From an uncultured Gammaproteobacteria bacterium (GTDB taxonomy: Bacteria; Patescibacteriota; Patescibacteriia; Magasanikbacterales; GWA2-37-8), in assembly GCA_964356495.1 (NCBI GenBank), contig CAYHHR010000004.1, forward strand, positions 153-43,678: DNA of 43,526 bases, in the 5' to 3' direction. The notes beneath the pieces are model-generated. The model saw nothing but the letters and a program-made list of their open reading frames with translations. It was not told the origin of the DNA and did not search any database. Positions 9,382-17,969 of this stretch are shown here, in pieces; position 1 is the first letter of the stretch, and the number at the start of each line of letters is the position of its first letter. Both the position numbers and the translations under genes were made by a program.

Positions 9382-9843
9382 ATGGATGAAAACATACATT
9401 ACCTTTCGGCCGAAAGCCTCGACGAAATAAAAAAAGAGCTGCTGACGCTGAAAAATTCTACAATTCCGGAAATTGCCAAACGAATCGATGAAGCAAAACA
9501 GCAGGGTGATCTGTCCGAAAATGCCGAATATCACCAGGCGCGGGAGGATATGGCCTGGGCGCAAGGCAGGCTAATCGAGGTTGAGAAGATCATCAACAAC
9601 GCAAAAATTATCGTCAAGCAAAGCACCGGCATGATATCGATAGGGGACACGATTACGGTTGAAATAAATGGCAAAGAAAAAAAATACACTATTGTCGGAC
9701 CGCAGGAAATTAACCCGACAAAAGGCTTAATCTCCAACGAATCTCCGCTCGGAGAGGCCTTTATAGGCCATAAAGTTGGCGAAAAGGTAGAAATAGCGGT
9801 TCCTTCCGGAAAAATGGTTTACCTGATCAAGGAAATCAAATAA
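9382..9843 (+). CDS. greA: Transcription elongation factor GreA
   Basis: GDLSENAEY, ISNESPLGEA; start moved to ATG 9382. Confidence 0.95.
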   Translation: MDENIHYLSAESLDEIKKELLTLKNSTIPEIAKRIDEAKQQGDLSENAEYHQAREDMAWAQGRLIEVEKIINNAKIIVKQSTGMISIGDTITVEINGKEKKYTIVGPQEINPTKGLISNESPLGEAFIGHKVGEKVEIAVPSGKMVYLIKEIK

Positions 9844-9853
9844 ATTTCTTTCT

Positions 9854-11311
9854 ATGGAGCATCAAACCGAAGAGGCCGCTCGCCTTGAGCATCTGGAAAC
9901 CATCCAAAAATCCGGCATTGACCCCTATCCCGCGCGCGTCGTTCGGGCCTACAAACTCCTTGAAGCAAAGGCGCTTACTGAGGGAACGCCGGTAAAAGTA
10001 GTCGGCCGGCTGATGTCGAGGCGAGAAATGGGCAAGCTTACTTTTTGTCATCTTAAGGACGAATCTACCAGCCTCCAAATCGTCCTGTCAAAAACGGACC
10101 TGGGAGAAACAGCTTACGCTTTTTTTAATAAAAATTTTGATCTTGGAGATTTTTTCGAGGTAGACGGGAAAATATTTACCACTCACAAGGGAGAAATCAG
10201 CGTCTTGGCGCAAAAAATCCGAATAATTTCAAAGGCTCTTTTGTCGTTGCCGGAAAAATGGCACGGACTCACCGATCAGGAACAACGTTATCGCAAACGT
10301 TATCTTGATTTACTGAGCAACGATGAATCAATGCGGATCGCCAAAGTCCGAAGCAAACTCGTCCGCGAATTACGGCATTATTTTGACGACCGTGGTTTCT
10401 ATGAGGTCGAAACACCGGTTTTGCAAACGCTTTACGGCGGCGCTTTGGCAAAACCATTCGTCACGCATCACAACGCGCTCGATATTCCGCTCTATCTTCG
10501 CGTCGCGCCCGAGCTTTATCTGAAACGTCTTATCGTCGGCGGATTCGAAAAGGTATATGAGGTCGCGAAATGCTTCCGAAACGAAGGAATTGATCAGAAT
10601 CATAATCCGGAGTTTACCCAAATTGAATTTTATTGGGCCTACGCCGATTACAATATGTTGATGGAACTAGTAGAGGATCTTCTGCCGAAACTAATTACCG
10701 CCGTCGGACTCAGCCTGAAATTTAAAACCGCCGATGGCGAGGTTGATTTTACGCCGCCATATCCGCGAGTTACGATGCGCGATCTGCTTAAGAAACACGC
10801 CAAAATCGACATTGAAGACTTTCCGGATCAAAAATCAATGTACAAAAAAGCTGTTGAACTCAAAATTGAGGATATTCAGAAAAATAATGGACGCGGGAAA
10901 TTAATCGATGACATCTACAAAAAGTTCGCGCGGCCTTTCATAATTAATCCGGTCTTTGTCATCGATCATCCGGTGGAGCTTTCTCCGCTTGCCAAACGTA
11001 AACCGGAAAATCCAAATTACGTGGAACGCTTCCAATTGCTTTGTGTCGGAGGCAACGAATTATGCAACGCTTTTTCCGAATTAAATGACCCCCTCGACCA
11101 GGAAAAGCGCTTTGTAGAGCAGAAGCAGCTTAGTTCAAAGGGTGAAGAAGAAACGATGCCCTATGACGACGATTTCATTGAAGCCCTAAAGCACGGCATG
11201 CCGCCGACCGCGGGCCTCGGGATGGGCGTCGACCGCGTGGTAAAACTTTTGGTTGGAGCGCAGAATCTGAAGGAAGTAATTTTATTTCCGACCCTTCGGC
11301 CAGAAAAATAA
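9854..11311 (+). CDS. lysS: Lysyl-tRNA synthetase (class II)
   Basis: YRKRYLDL, LRVAPELYLKRL, FRNEGID, GMPPTAGLGMGVDR. Confidence 0.97.
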   Translation: MEHQTEEAARLEHLETIQKSGIDPYPARVVRAYKLLEAKALTEGTPVKVVGRLMSRREMGKLTFCHLKDESTSLQIVLSKTDLGETAYAFFNKNFDLGDFFEVDGKIFTTHKGEISVLAQKIRIISKALLSLPEKWHGLTDQEQRYRKRYLDLLSNDESMRIAKVRSKLVRELRHYFDDRGFYEVETPVLQTLYGGALAKPFVTHHNALDIPLYLRVAPELYLKRLIVGGFEKVYEVAKCFRNEGIDQNHNPEFTQIEFYWAYADYNMLMELVEDLLPKLITAVGLSLKFKTADGEVDFTPPYPRVTMRDLLKKHAKIDIEDFPDQKSMYKKAVELKIEDIQKNNGRGKLIDDIYKKFARPFIINPVFVIDHPVELSPLAKRKPENPNYVERFQLLCVGGNELCNAFSELNDPLDQEKRFVEQKQLSSKGEEETMPYDDDFIEALKHGMPPTAGLGMGVDRVVKLLVGAQNLKEVILFPTLRPEK

Positions 11312-11314
11312 TTT

Positions 11315-11719
11315 ATGAAAAAAGTGATGGCGTTTGGAACATTTGACACCCTTCACCCCGGTCATGCATTTTTCCTGAAAAAAGCGCGAAAGCTCGGGGA
11401 TTGCCTCGTGGTAATCGTGGCGAGGGACCGGACCGTGAAAAAAGTAAAAAATCATCCGCCACTCAATACCGAGGATAAACGTGTCAAAAATCTCCTGGCG
11501 CTCGGCCTCGCCGAAAAGGTTTCGCTCGGACGAATCGGAAATGATAAGTACGCTGTAATCCGCGATGAAAATCCGGACGTTATCGCGCTCGGCTATGACC
11601 AAAAATTTTTCATCGACGGACTAAAAAAAGCCTTTCCGGACGCCAAGATTGTCAGAATCAAATCGTTTCACCCGGATATCTACCATAGTTCCATAATAAA
11701 AGGACATTCAGTCATTTGA
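11315..11719 (+). CDS. Cytidylyltransferase-family protein, archaeal-type FAD synthase (RibL)-like
   Basis: FGTFDTLHPGH (HxGH), VIVARD, PDVIALGYDQ. Confidence 0.75.
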   Translation: MKKVMAFGTFDTLHPGHAFFLKKARKLGDCLVVIVARDRTVKKVKNHPPLNTEDKRVKNLLALGLAEKVSLGRIGNDKYAVIRDENPDVIALGYDQKFFIDGLKKAFPDAKIVRIKSFHPDIYHSSIIKGHSVI

Positions 11720-11743
11720 AAAAAATATTTTCGATCAAATTAT

Positions 11744-12982
11744 ATGCTCGACATTAAATTTATCAGGGAGAACAAAAAACTAGTCGAAAAGAATAATCTT
11801 TCCAGAAATGTTAAGGTTGACATGGAACGATTGCTTTCGCTTGATTCAGTGACGAGCGAATTACAAAAAAAGACCGAGGTCTTGAGAGCCAAGAGAAATG
11901 AAAGATCAAAAACAAAACCTTCCGCATCGGAAATTGCCAACCTGAAAAAAGTCGGCGCTGAGATCAGCGCGCTTGAGGATGAGTTAAAAAATAATGATAC
12001 CGAACTTCTGGAGTTATTGATTAAAATCCCAAATATCAACGACCATACAACACCGATTGGAAAAGACGACAGCGAAAATAAAGTTATTAAAACGGTTGGT
12101 CAAAAACCGGTCTTTACTTTCACGGCCAAGGAACACTTTGAGGTCGAGCATGCCAAGGAGGGGATAGACATGGAACGCGGGGCAAAAACATCCGGCTCAA
12201 GATTTTATTATCTCAAAGGCAAAATGGCGATTCTGGAGAGAGCGATCATGCAATATGCGGTTGATTTTATGGTTGCCAGGCAGTTTGAGCTAGTTTTACC
12301 GCCGATTTTAGTGAAAGAATCAGCTATGTATGGCACCGGATTTTTCCCGGCTGACATAAATGAAGTCTATTCCGTAAATCCCGGCGAGGATAATCTGTAT
12401 TTAGTCGGAACTTCCGAAGTGCCGATGATTTACATGCACGCGGACGAAACGCTGGAAGAGAAATTTCTACCCAAAAAATATGTCGCCATCACGCCGTGCT
12501 TCAGACGCGAATCCGGCAGCTACGGGAAAGATACCAAGGGCCTCTTTCGAGTGCATCAATTTTACAAAGTTGAGATGGTGGTTTTTGCCGCTCCCGAACA
12601 ATCGGCGAAGTTGCATGATGAATTATTGAAAGCCGAGGAAGAATTTATCGGTTCGCTTGGATTGCACTACCGGGTCGTAAATGTGTGCTCCGGCGATCTC
12701 GGTTTTCCGGCGGCAAAAAAATTCGATTGCGAGGGTTGGTTTCCAGGGCAGGCGAGATACCGCGAACTTACTTCCACCAGCAACACCACGGACTACCAAG
12801 CCAGACGAAGTAACATTAAATTTAAAACCGACGACGGTAAGCGTCAATTTGTCCACACTCTAAACGGAACAGTCTCAAGCGATCGGCCAATGCTCGCGAT
12901 CATCGAAAATAATCAGCAGTCGGACGGCTCGATAATTATTCCCGAGGTTCTTCAAAAATACACCGGCTTCGATAAAATTTAA
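11744..12982 (+). CDS. serS: Seryl-tRNA synthetase
   Basis: MLDIKFIREN, LVGTSEVP, CFRRESGSYGKDTKGLFRVHQF, HTLNGT. Confidence 0.97.
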   Translation: MLDIKFIRENKKLVEKNNLSRNVKVDMERLLSLDSVTSELQKKTEVLRAKRNERSKTKPSASEIANLKKVGAEISALEDELKNNDTELLELLIKIPNINDHTTPIGKDDSENKVIKTVGQKPVFTFTAKEHFEVEHAKEGIDMERGAKTSGSRFYYLKGKMAILERAIMQYAVDFMVARQFELVLPPILVKESAMYGTGFFPADINEVYSVNPGEDNLYLVGTSEVPMIYMHADETLEEKFLPKKYVAITPCFRRESGSYGKDTKGLFRVHQFYKVEMVVFAAPEQSAKLHDELLKAEEEFIGSLGLHYRVVNVCSGDLGFPAAKKFDCEGWFPGQARYRELTSTSNTTDYQARRSNIKFKTDDGKRQFVHTLNGTVSSDRPMLAIIENNQQSDGSIIIPEVLQKYTGFDKI

Positions 12983-12989
12983 CACGAAT

Positions 12990-14105
12990 ATGCTCAGCTG
13001 GGTGGAAATTTCACGCTCCGCGATCGAGCACAATCTAAAAGCCTTTCGGAATTTAATTGGACCATCGGTCTTATTGATTCCGGTCGTCAAAGCCAATGCC
13101 TACGGACACGGGATTCTTGAAGTCGCCCGCATCTGCGAGGAAACGGCTGAGGTGGATCGGTTGGCGGTAGTTAACCTCGATGAAGCTCTGTTGCTTCGCG
13201 CCGGCGGAATCAAAAAACCTATCCAGGTGTTATCTTTTTATCCGCTCGATGAGGATGCGATAATTGAAGCGCTGAAAAAAAATATTATTCTGCCGATCTA
13301 CCGGCTTGATCAGGCAAAGTTCATCAATCGAGTGGGGGAGAGACTGGGATTGACCGGAGTAGCGCACCTTAAAATTGATGTCGGTACTACCAGAGTCGGC
13401 ATCACACTTGATGATATGGAAGTCTTTGTTTCCGAATTAAGAAAATATTCCCATCTGCGGCTAGAAGGAATTTGGAGTCATTTTTCTTCGAGCGAAGCAG
13501 ACAGCGCCATTACAAAAAAACAATTGTCGACTTTGATTCAAGCGGATGAAATAATGAAAAAGCATGGCATCAAAGTGCCGCTAAAACATGTCGCCTGCAC
13601 AGCCGCGTCACTGCTTTATCCCGATTCAAGGCTCGACGCCGTGCGCATCGGCCTCGGCACCTACGGTCTTTATCCTGCTCCGGCCTGTCAAAAAATCATT
13701 AAACTGCGGCCGGTGCTAAGCTGGAAAAGCACCTTGATCCAGGTCAAAAAGGTTAAAAAGGGGACCAAAATCAGCTACGGCGGCACCCATACCATGAAAA
13801 AAAACGGACTGATCGGAATTATTCCGATTGGTTATTACGACGGATACGATCGCGCCTGGAGCAACACCGCCGAAGTAATCATTAACGGCCGCCGTTGTCC
13901 GATTCGAGGACGCATCTGTATGAACCTAATGATGGTCGAAATCAAAAATAGCAGTAACACCAAGGCGGGGGATACGGTTACCCTTATCGGACGGGAAGTC
14001 AGCGCTGAAATAACCGCTGATGAACTGGCAAAATTATCGCCAAACACGATCAACTACGAAATCACCACCGGAATTAATCCACTTCTTCCGAGAATCGTGG
14101 TATAA
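12990..14105 (+). CDS. alr: Alanine racemase
   Basis: VVKANAYGHG PLP lysine motif, GYYDG, GRICM, TINYE. Confidence 0.95.
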   Translation: MLSWVEISRSAIEHNLKAFRNLIGPSVLLIPVVKANAYGHGILEVARICEETAEVDRLAVVNLDEALLLRAGGIKKPIQVLSFYPLDEDAIIEALKKNIILPIYRLDQAKFINRVGERLGLTGVAHLKIDVGTTRVGITLDDMEVFVSELRKYSHLRLEGIWSHFSSSEADSAITKKQLSTLIQADEIMKKHGIKVPLKHVACTAASLLYPDSRLDAVRIGLGTYGLYPAPACQKIIKLRPVLSWKSTLIQVKKVKKGTKISYGGTHTMKKNGLIGIIPIGYYDGYDRAWSNTAEVIINGRRCPIRGRICMNLMMVEIKNSSNTKAGDTVTLIGREVSAEITADELAKLSPNTINYEITTGINPLLPRIVV

Positions 14106-14132
14106 TGCAGATCAGAGTTTAAATATTATCTG

Positions 14133-15128
14133 ATGCGTTTTTACGGCTCGGGAAAAAAACATCGAGAACAAAAATCGGAAAGAAAAAACTGGCGTTTTTT
14201 GCGTAGAAAAAAACCCAGCCACACTCACTATCGTCAACACGAAGATACGGCGGCGTTAAGATTGTCCAATCCGTACAAAACGAAAAATAAAGGATCCCGA
14301 TTAAAAATCAGAGGAACGATTCTGCCGATATTTATTATTTCCTGGATCGGTCTGTTGCTTTACCTGCCGTATTTCAGAATAAATAAAATTAATTATTCCG
14401 GACTAAAGATCATCAGCCAATCCGAAATTGACAATATCGTCCGCGGTCGGATCACACCTCAAAATATTGCCTGGCCAATAAACAACTATTTCATTTTTAA
14501 CAAAAATTCGCTCACGCAATTATTAAGCGATAAATTTTCATTAAACTCCGTTACCGTAAACAAAGTTTTTCCCGACACTCTCGAAATACAGCTCCAAGAA
14601 AAGACCACTGCCGGGATATATGATAATGGCGAAGCGTATTATTTATTAGGCGGGGACGGCTCAAACATAAAATATCTTCGGAGCGTTAGTACGAGCGAAT
14701 TTATTTCTTTAGCTACCACGACCGTCTCATCAACCTCGAGCAGCACCTCATCATCAACGCCTGCCGCCATCCTCATACATTCGCCAAATTTTCGGGAAAT
14801 ACAAAGGGAGTTCGGCGATTATCCCATCATACATGATCAGAGATCAATAAAAACCAACGAAAAAGACCATTTGCTGGACTCTAAGACAATGCAGGAAATA
14901 ATCGCGTTATATAACGCGCTCCAGCATATCAAGGCGCTCAAAGCCTCGTATTTCCTCATCGACGGAGGAACGGGCATCACCGCCATCACAAACAGGCCGT
15001 TCAAGGTGATATTCCAGCTAAACGGCAACGCTGAGGATGAAATCTCAAAGCTGCAAATTTTTCTCAATAATAACAATCCGTCAGAATATATTGATCTTCG
15101 ATTTGGCGACAGGATTTATTGGAAGTAG
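14133..15128 (+). CDS. FtsQ/DivIB-like POTRA-domain membrane protein
   Basis: Basic N-terminus, single TM, VNKVFPDTLEIQLQE, C-terminal YIDLRFGDRIYWK. Confidence 0.7.
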   Translation: MRFYGSGKKHREQKSERKNWRFLRRKKPSHTHYRQHEDTAALRLSNPYKTKNKGSRLKIRGTILPIFIISWIGLLLYLPYFRINKINYSGLKIISQSEIDNIVRGRITPQNIAWPINNYFIFNKNSLTQLLSDKFSLNSVTVNKVFPDTLEIQLQEKTTAGIYDNGEAYYLLGGDGSNIKYLRSVSTSEFISLATTTVSSTSSSTSSSTPAAILIHSPNFREIQREFGDYPIIHDQRSIKTNEKDHLLDSKTMQEIIALYNALQHIKALKASYFLIDGGTGITAITNRPFKVIFQLNGNAEDEISKLQIFLNNNNPSEYIDLRFGDRIYWK

Positions 15129-15155
15129 GGGGTATTGTGAGGGAAAGATATCCAC

Positions 15156-15184
15156 TTGCATAGTTATACATAACTGAGTATAAT
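15156..15184 (+). promoter_or_regulatory. Sigma70-type promoter of the HNH-recombinase cassette
   Basis: TTGCAT-17 nt-TATAAT. Confidence 0.7.
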
Positions 15185-15202
15185 ATCTCTTACACTCAGT
15201 TA
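15171..15202. other. Candidate tyrosine-recombinase (dif-like) core site
   Basis: TAACTGAGTATAA-TATCTC-TTACACTCAGTTA: 13-bp inverted arms (12/13) around a 6-bp asymmetric spacer. Confidence 0.65.
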
Positions 15203-15216
15203 ATTATCAATAACAT

Positions 15217-15720
15217 ATGCCATTTCCCCACCATAAGATGCTAGATATAGCAAAAAAACTCAACTCAGACTTCAACAAGATTATCAGCGACTTATACCTA
15301 GGAAGTAATTTTTCAGGCCAAGAGATTTCCGATGAACTATTTATTAAAACGGGAATATTTATAACCGCACGATCAATTCAAAGACAACTTAGAAAACTTG
15401 GCATTATCCGAACTTTTAGTGAAGCGTTTAATATTTCAATAAAAAAAGGTCGAAAATCATACGCTCACCTTAGACGTACTATCAAGTCCAAGGCTATGCG
15501 TAAAGGGATATATCCTAAACTAAGATACGAGATTTTTAGCCGTGATAAATTTAAATGTGTATTATGTGGCAACACAGCTGCCGATGACCACCTAGAAGTC
15601 GACCATATTAAGCCCGTTGTCTATGGCGGTACAAATGAACATAGTAATTTGCGAACGCTGTGTGCGGAATGTAACAAAGGAAAAATGCTAGTTGAGGAAC
15701 GAAAATTATTAAAAATATGA
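15217..15720 (+). CDS. HNH endonuclease with putative N-terminal HTH
   Basis: RYEIFSRDKFKCVLCG...LEVDHIKP...GGTNEHSNLRTLCAECNKGK. Confidence 0.9.
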   Translation: MPFPHHKMLDIAKKLNSDFNKIISDLYLGSNFSGQEISDELFIKTGIFITARSIQRQLRKLGIIRTFSEAFNISIKKGRKSYAHLRRTIKSKAMRKGIYPKLRYEIFSRDKFKCVLCGNTAADDHLEVDHIKPVVYGGTNEHSNLRTLCAECNKGKMLVEERKLLKI

Positions 15721-16661
15721 AACTTGGACTCCCCTATTTTGACGATTTTATACTTAATCTAAGGGCCAATAATTTTTCTGATGAGACTGCGTATAATTAC
15801 GAGCGCGATCTTCAAACTTTTGAAAATTTTCTAATTCACGACATAAAAAAAAACTTTTACGAAATTGATAAAACCGATTTACTCAGATACAAAGCATACC
15901 TGTCATCTGTTGATAGAAAAACAGCCAAATCAGCCAAATCCGAAAAAAAACTAAGCAGCTATTCTACGAATCGTATGCTTTCTACGTTGCGCTCCTATCT
16001 AAAATTTATGGAGGATATGGATCATACGCCGCCAATTTCTTCTACAGCAGTTAAGCTAGTCAAAAACATAAAGAAACATGGTCAGGTGCCTGAATTTGAG
16101 GTAATAATAAATGTTATTGAGGCGCCGATGAAATTTGAGGACAATATTAAAATCGCTCTACGTAATCGCGCGATGCTTGAAACCTTGTTTGCAACCGGAA
16201 TGCGCATTTCCGAGCTGCTATCATTAAAGGTAGTACAAATCGACAAAACGGGACGAATTTATGTGTTGGGTAAGGGAAAAAAACAACGATTCGTATATTT
16301 AACTCCTCGAGCGCTCACCCACCTAAAAAATTATCTTGCAAAACGTGCGAGCACATCCGAAATGCTATTTGTTCCCTATAGCGGGCTAAATAATCAAGAA
16401 AAAAATAAAAAATTATCGGCCAACTATTTACAATACAAAATAAAACAATACCGGGAGTTGCTTGGTATAATCACACCTATTAGCGCCCACACTCTACGTC
16501 ACGGATTTGCAACTTATCTAGCTGAGAATGGAGCAAACCCGGCTGCCATTCAGGTATTGCTCGGGCATGAATCACTAGATACTACAACCAGATATGTTCA
16601 TGCGTCAGATAGGTATGCAGAAAAAACCCACCATGATTTTCATCCACTATTCGACGAATAA
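15717..16661 (+). CDS. XerC/XerD-like tyrosine recombinase
   Basis: TGMRISEL, GKGKKQR, HTLRHGFAT, LLGHESLDTTTRY (full R-K-H-R-H-Y set); ATGA overlap with the HNH gene. Confidence 0.93.
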   Translation: MKLGLPYFDDFILNLRANNFSDETAYNYERDLQTFENFLIHDIKKNFYEIDKTDLLRYKAYLSSVDRKTAKSAKSEKKLSSYSTNRMLSTLRSYLKFMEDMDHTPPISSTAVKLVKNIKKHGQVPEFEVIINVIEAPMKFEDNIKIALRNRAMLETLFATGMRISELLSLKVVQIDKTGRIYVLGKGKKQRFVYLTPRALTHLKNYLAKRASTSEMLFVPYSGLNNQEKNKKLSANYLQYKIKQYRELLGIITPISAHTLRHGFATYLAENGANPAAIQVLLGHESLDTTTRYVHASDRYAEKTHHDFHPLFDE

Positions 16662-16694
16662 CTACGAGGTAACGTTATTTGAGCCTAGTTTAAT

Positions 16695-17927
16695 CTACGG
16701 CGCCATGTACGGCATCGGGTTGACCGGGATGCCATTTTGACGCACCTCAAAGTGCAAATGCGGACCAGTCACAAACGGCCCGGCGCCGACCGTCCCGGGC
16801 GTACCACCGGAATAACCGATGATATCGCCGCGATTTACGAATTGATCCTCGGTCACATTTATCCCGCTCAAATGCCCGTAAACGCTCGAGATATTTCCGG
16901 TATGAACAATTAGAATATAACTGTAACACGACGCGACACCGCAACGCCTGGCGCGCGCTATATAACCGGAAGCGGCCGCTTTGATTGGCGTGCCATAACT
17001 GGCCCGAATATCAATCCCGCTGTGCTCAAACACCCGCTTGAACGGATAACCTTCATCATGAAATACGGCGTTGATAACGTGGCTTTGCGCCGGCCAACTC
17101 ATGATTACTGACCCGGACGCGACGATCTTTTGTTCCCTCTCTAATTTTTTTTGCAGCTGCTGTTCAAAGGTACGCTGTTCGGTTTCGATTACCCGGTACT
17201 GTTCTCTTAAACTTGCCAATAATGTTTTAAATCTGGCCTCAGACGATTTTGTTTGGATCAGCAGGGTCTCCTTGGCCGTTTCTTGGCTCACCAATACGCC
17301 TTTTTTGCCCTCCAGTTCATTTTGCAAATTCTGAAAAACCAATTGCTTGGTATGAACTTGCTTCTGGCGTTCGGCGAGATCCTGCATCGCGAGGCGCAGC
17401 GTCTTCACCGAACGTCCGAGATCCGCGTTGATGTTTTCAATCGAACGCAAATCATTATAAAAATCGCTAAAATTATTATAGGTCAGCATTATCTCCAAAT
17501 AATTTTTTTGCTCTCCGGAATGAACGCTTTGAATTATTTTCGCGATCAGTTTCTTCTGTTTGCCAATAATTTTCTGTTTATCTCCAATCGAAATATTGAG
17601 GGCGTCAATTTCGAGTTGATTTTCTTTGATTTTTTCCCTCGTCAATTCGATGTCCGTCCCAATTTGAGAGACGCGATTGCCGATGATGTCAAGCTGATTT
17701 TTCAGCGACACCGCCTGGGTTTCCTTCTCACTGATGGTTTTTTTGTAATTATTGATCGTGTTCTCAAGTTCCTTGATTTTATCCTTTCTTTTGGAAATTT
17801 CCTGATTCAATACCTGAATTTCACCGCTTGACCCGCCAACATTCACCGCAAAAGCAAAAAAAGGCCGGCTCAAAAAGATGCCCATTCCCGTAAAAATAAC
17901 CAAATAAAAAAAATGCTTTACTTTCAT
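16695..17927 (-). CDS. Coiled-coil M23 peptidase (EnvC/CwlO-like)
   Basis: Signal peptide, long coiled coil, HSGID, YGHL, TGPHLHFEVR. Confidence 0.92.
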   Translation of the reverse strand: MKVKHFFYLVIFTGMGIFLSRPFFAFAVNVGGSSGEIQVLNQEISKRKDKIKELENTINNYKKTISEKETQAVSLKNQLDIIGNRVSQIGTDIELTREKIKENQLEIDALNISIGDKQKIIGKQKKLIAKIIQSVHSGEQKNYLEIMLTYNNFSDFYNDLRSIENINADLGRSVKTLRLAMQDLAERQKQVHTKQLVFQNLQNELEGKKGVLVSQETAKETLLIQTKSSEARFKTLLASLREQYRVIETEQRTFEQQLQKKLEREQKIVASGSVIMSWPAQSHVINAVFHDEGYPFKRVFEHSGIDIRASYGTPIKAAASGYIARARRCGVASCYSYILIVHTGNISSVYGHLSGINVTEDQFVNRGDIIGYSGGTPGTVGAGPFVTGPHLHFEVRQNGIPVNPMPYMAP

Positions 17928-17933
17928 ATATTC

Positions 17934-17942
17934 AGTATAGCA
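17934..17942 (-). promoter_or_regulatory. Extended -10 promoter, probably leaderless
   Basis: TGcTATACT 6 nt upstream of ATG 17927. Confidence 0.55.
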
Positions 17943-17969
17943 TATTTTGGAGGATTGAAAAAATAGTCC

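Noticed and set aside
14710-14765. Ser/Thr run in the FtsQ-like gene
   Set aside because: Ordinary low-complexity linker with no nucleotide-level repeat.
16658-16692. Second recombinase site downstream of the Xer gene (AACTA...TAACGTTA...TAGTT)
   Set aside because: Arms match only about 8/13 and the spacer differs from the upstream site; too weak to call, though worth rechecking if excision is observed.
15129-16694. Prophage or integrative element
   Set aside because: Only two genes, no flanking direct repeats or tRNA seen, and no phage or conjugation genes.
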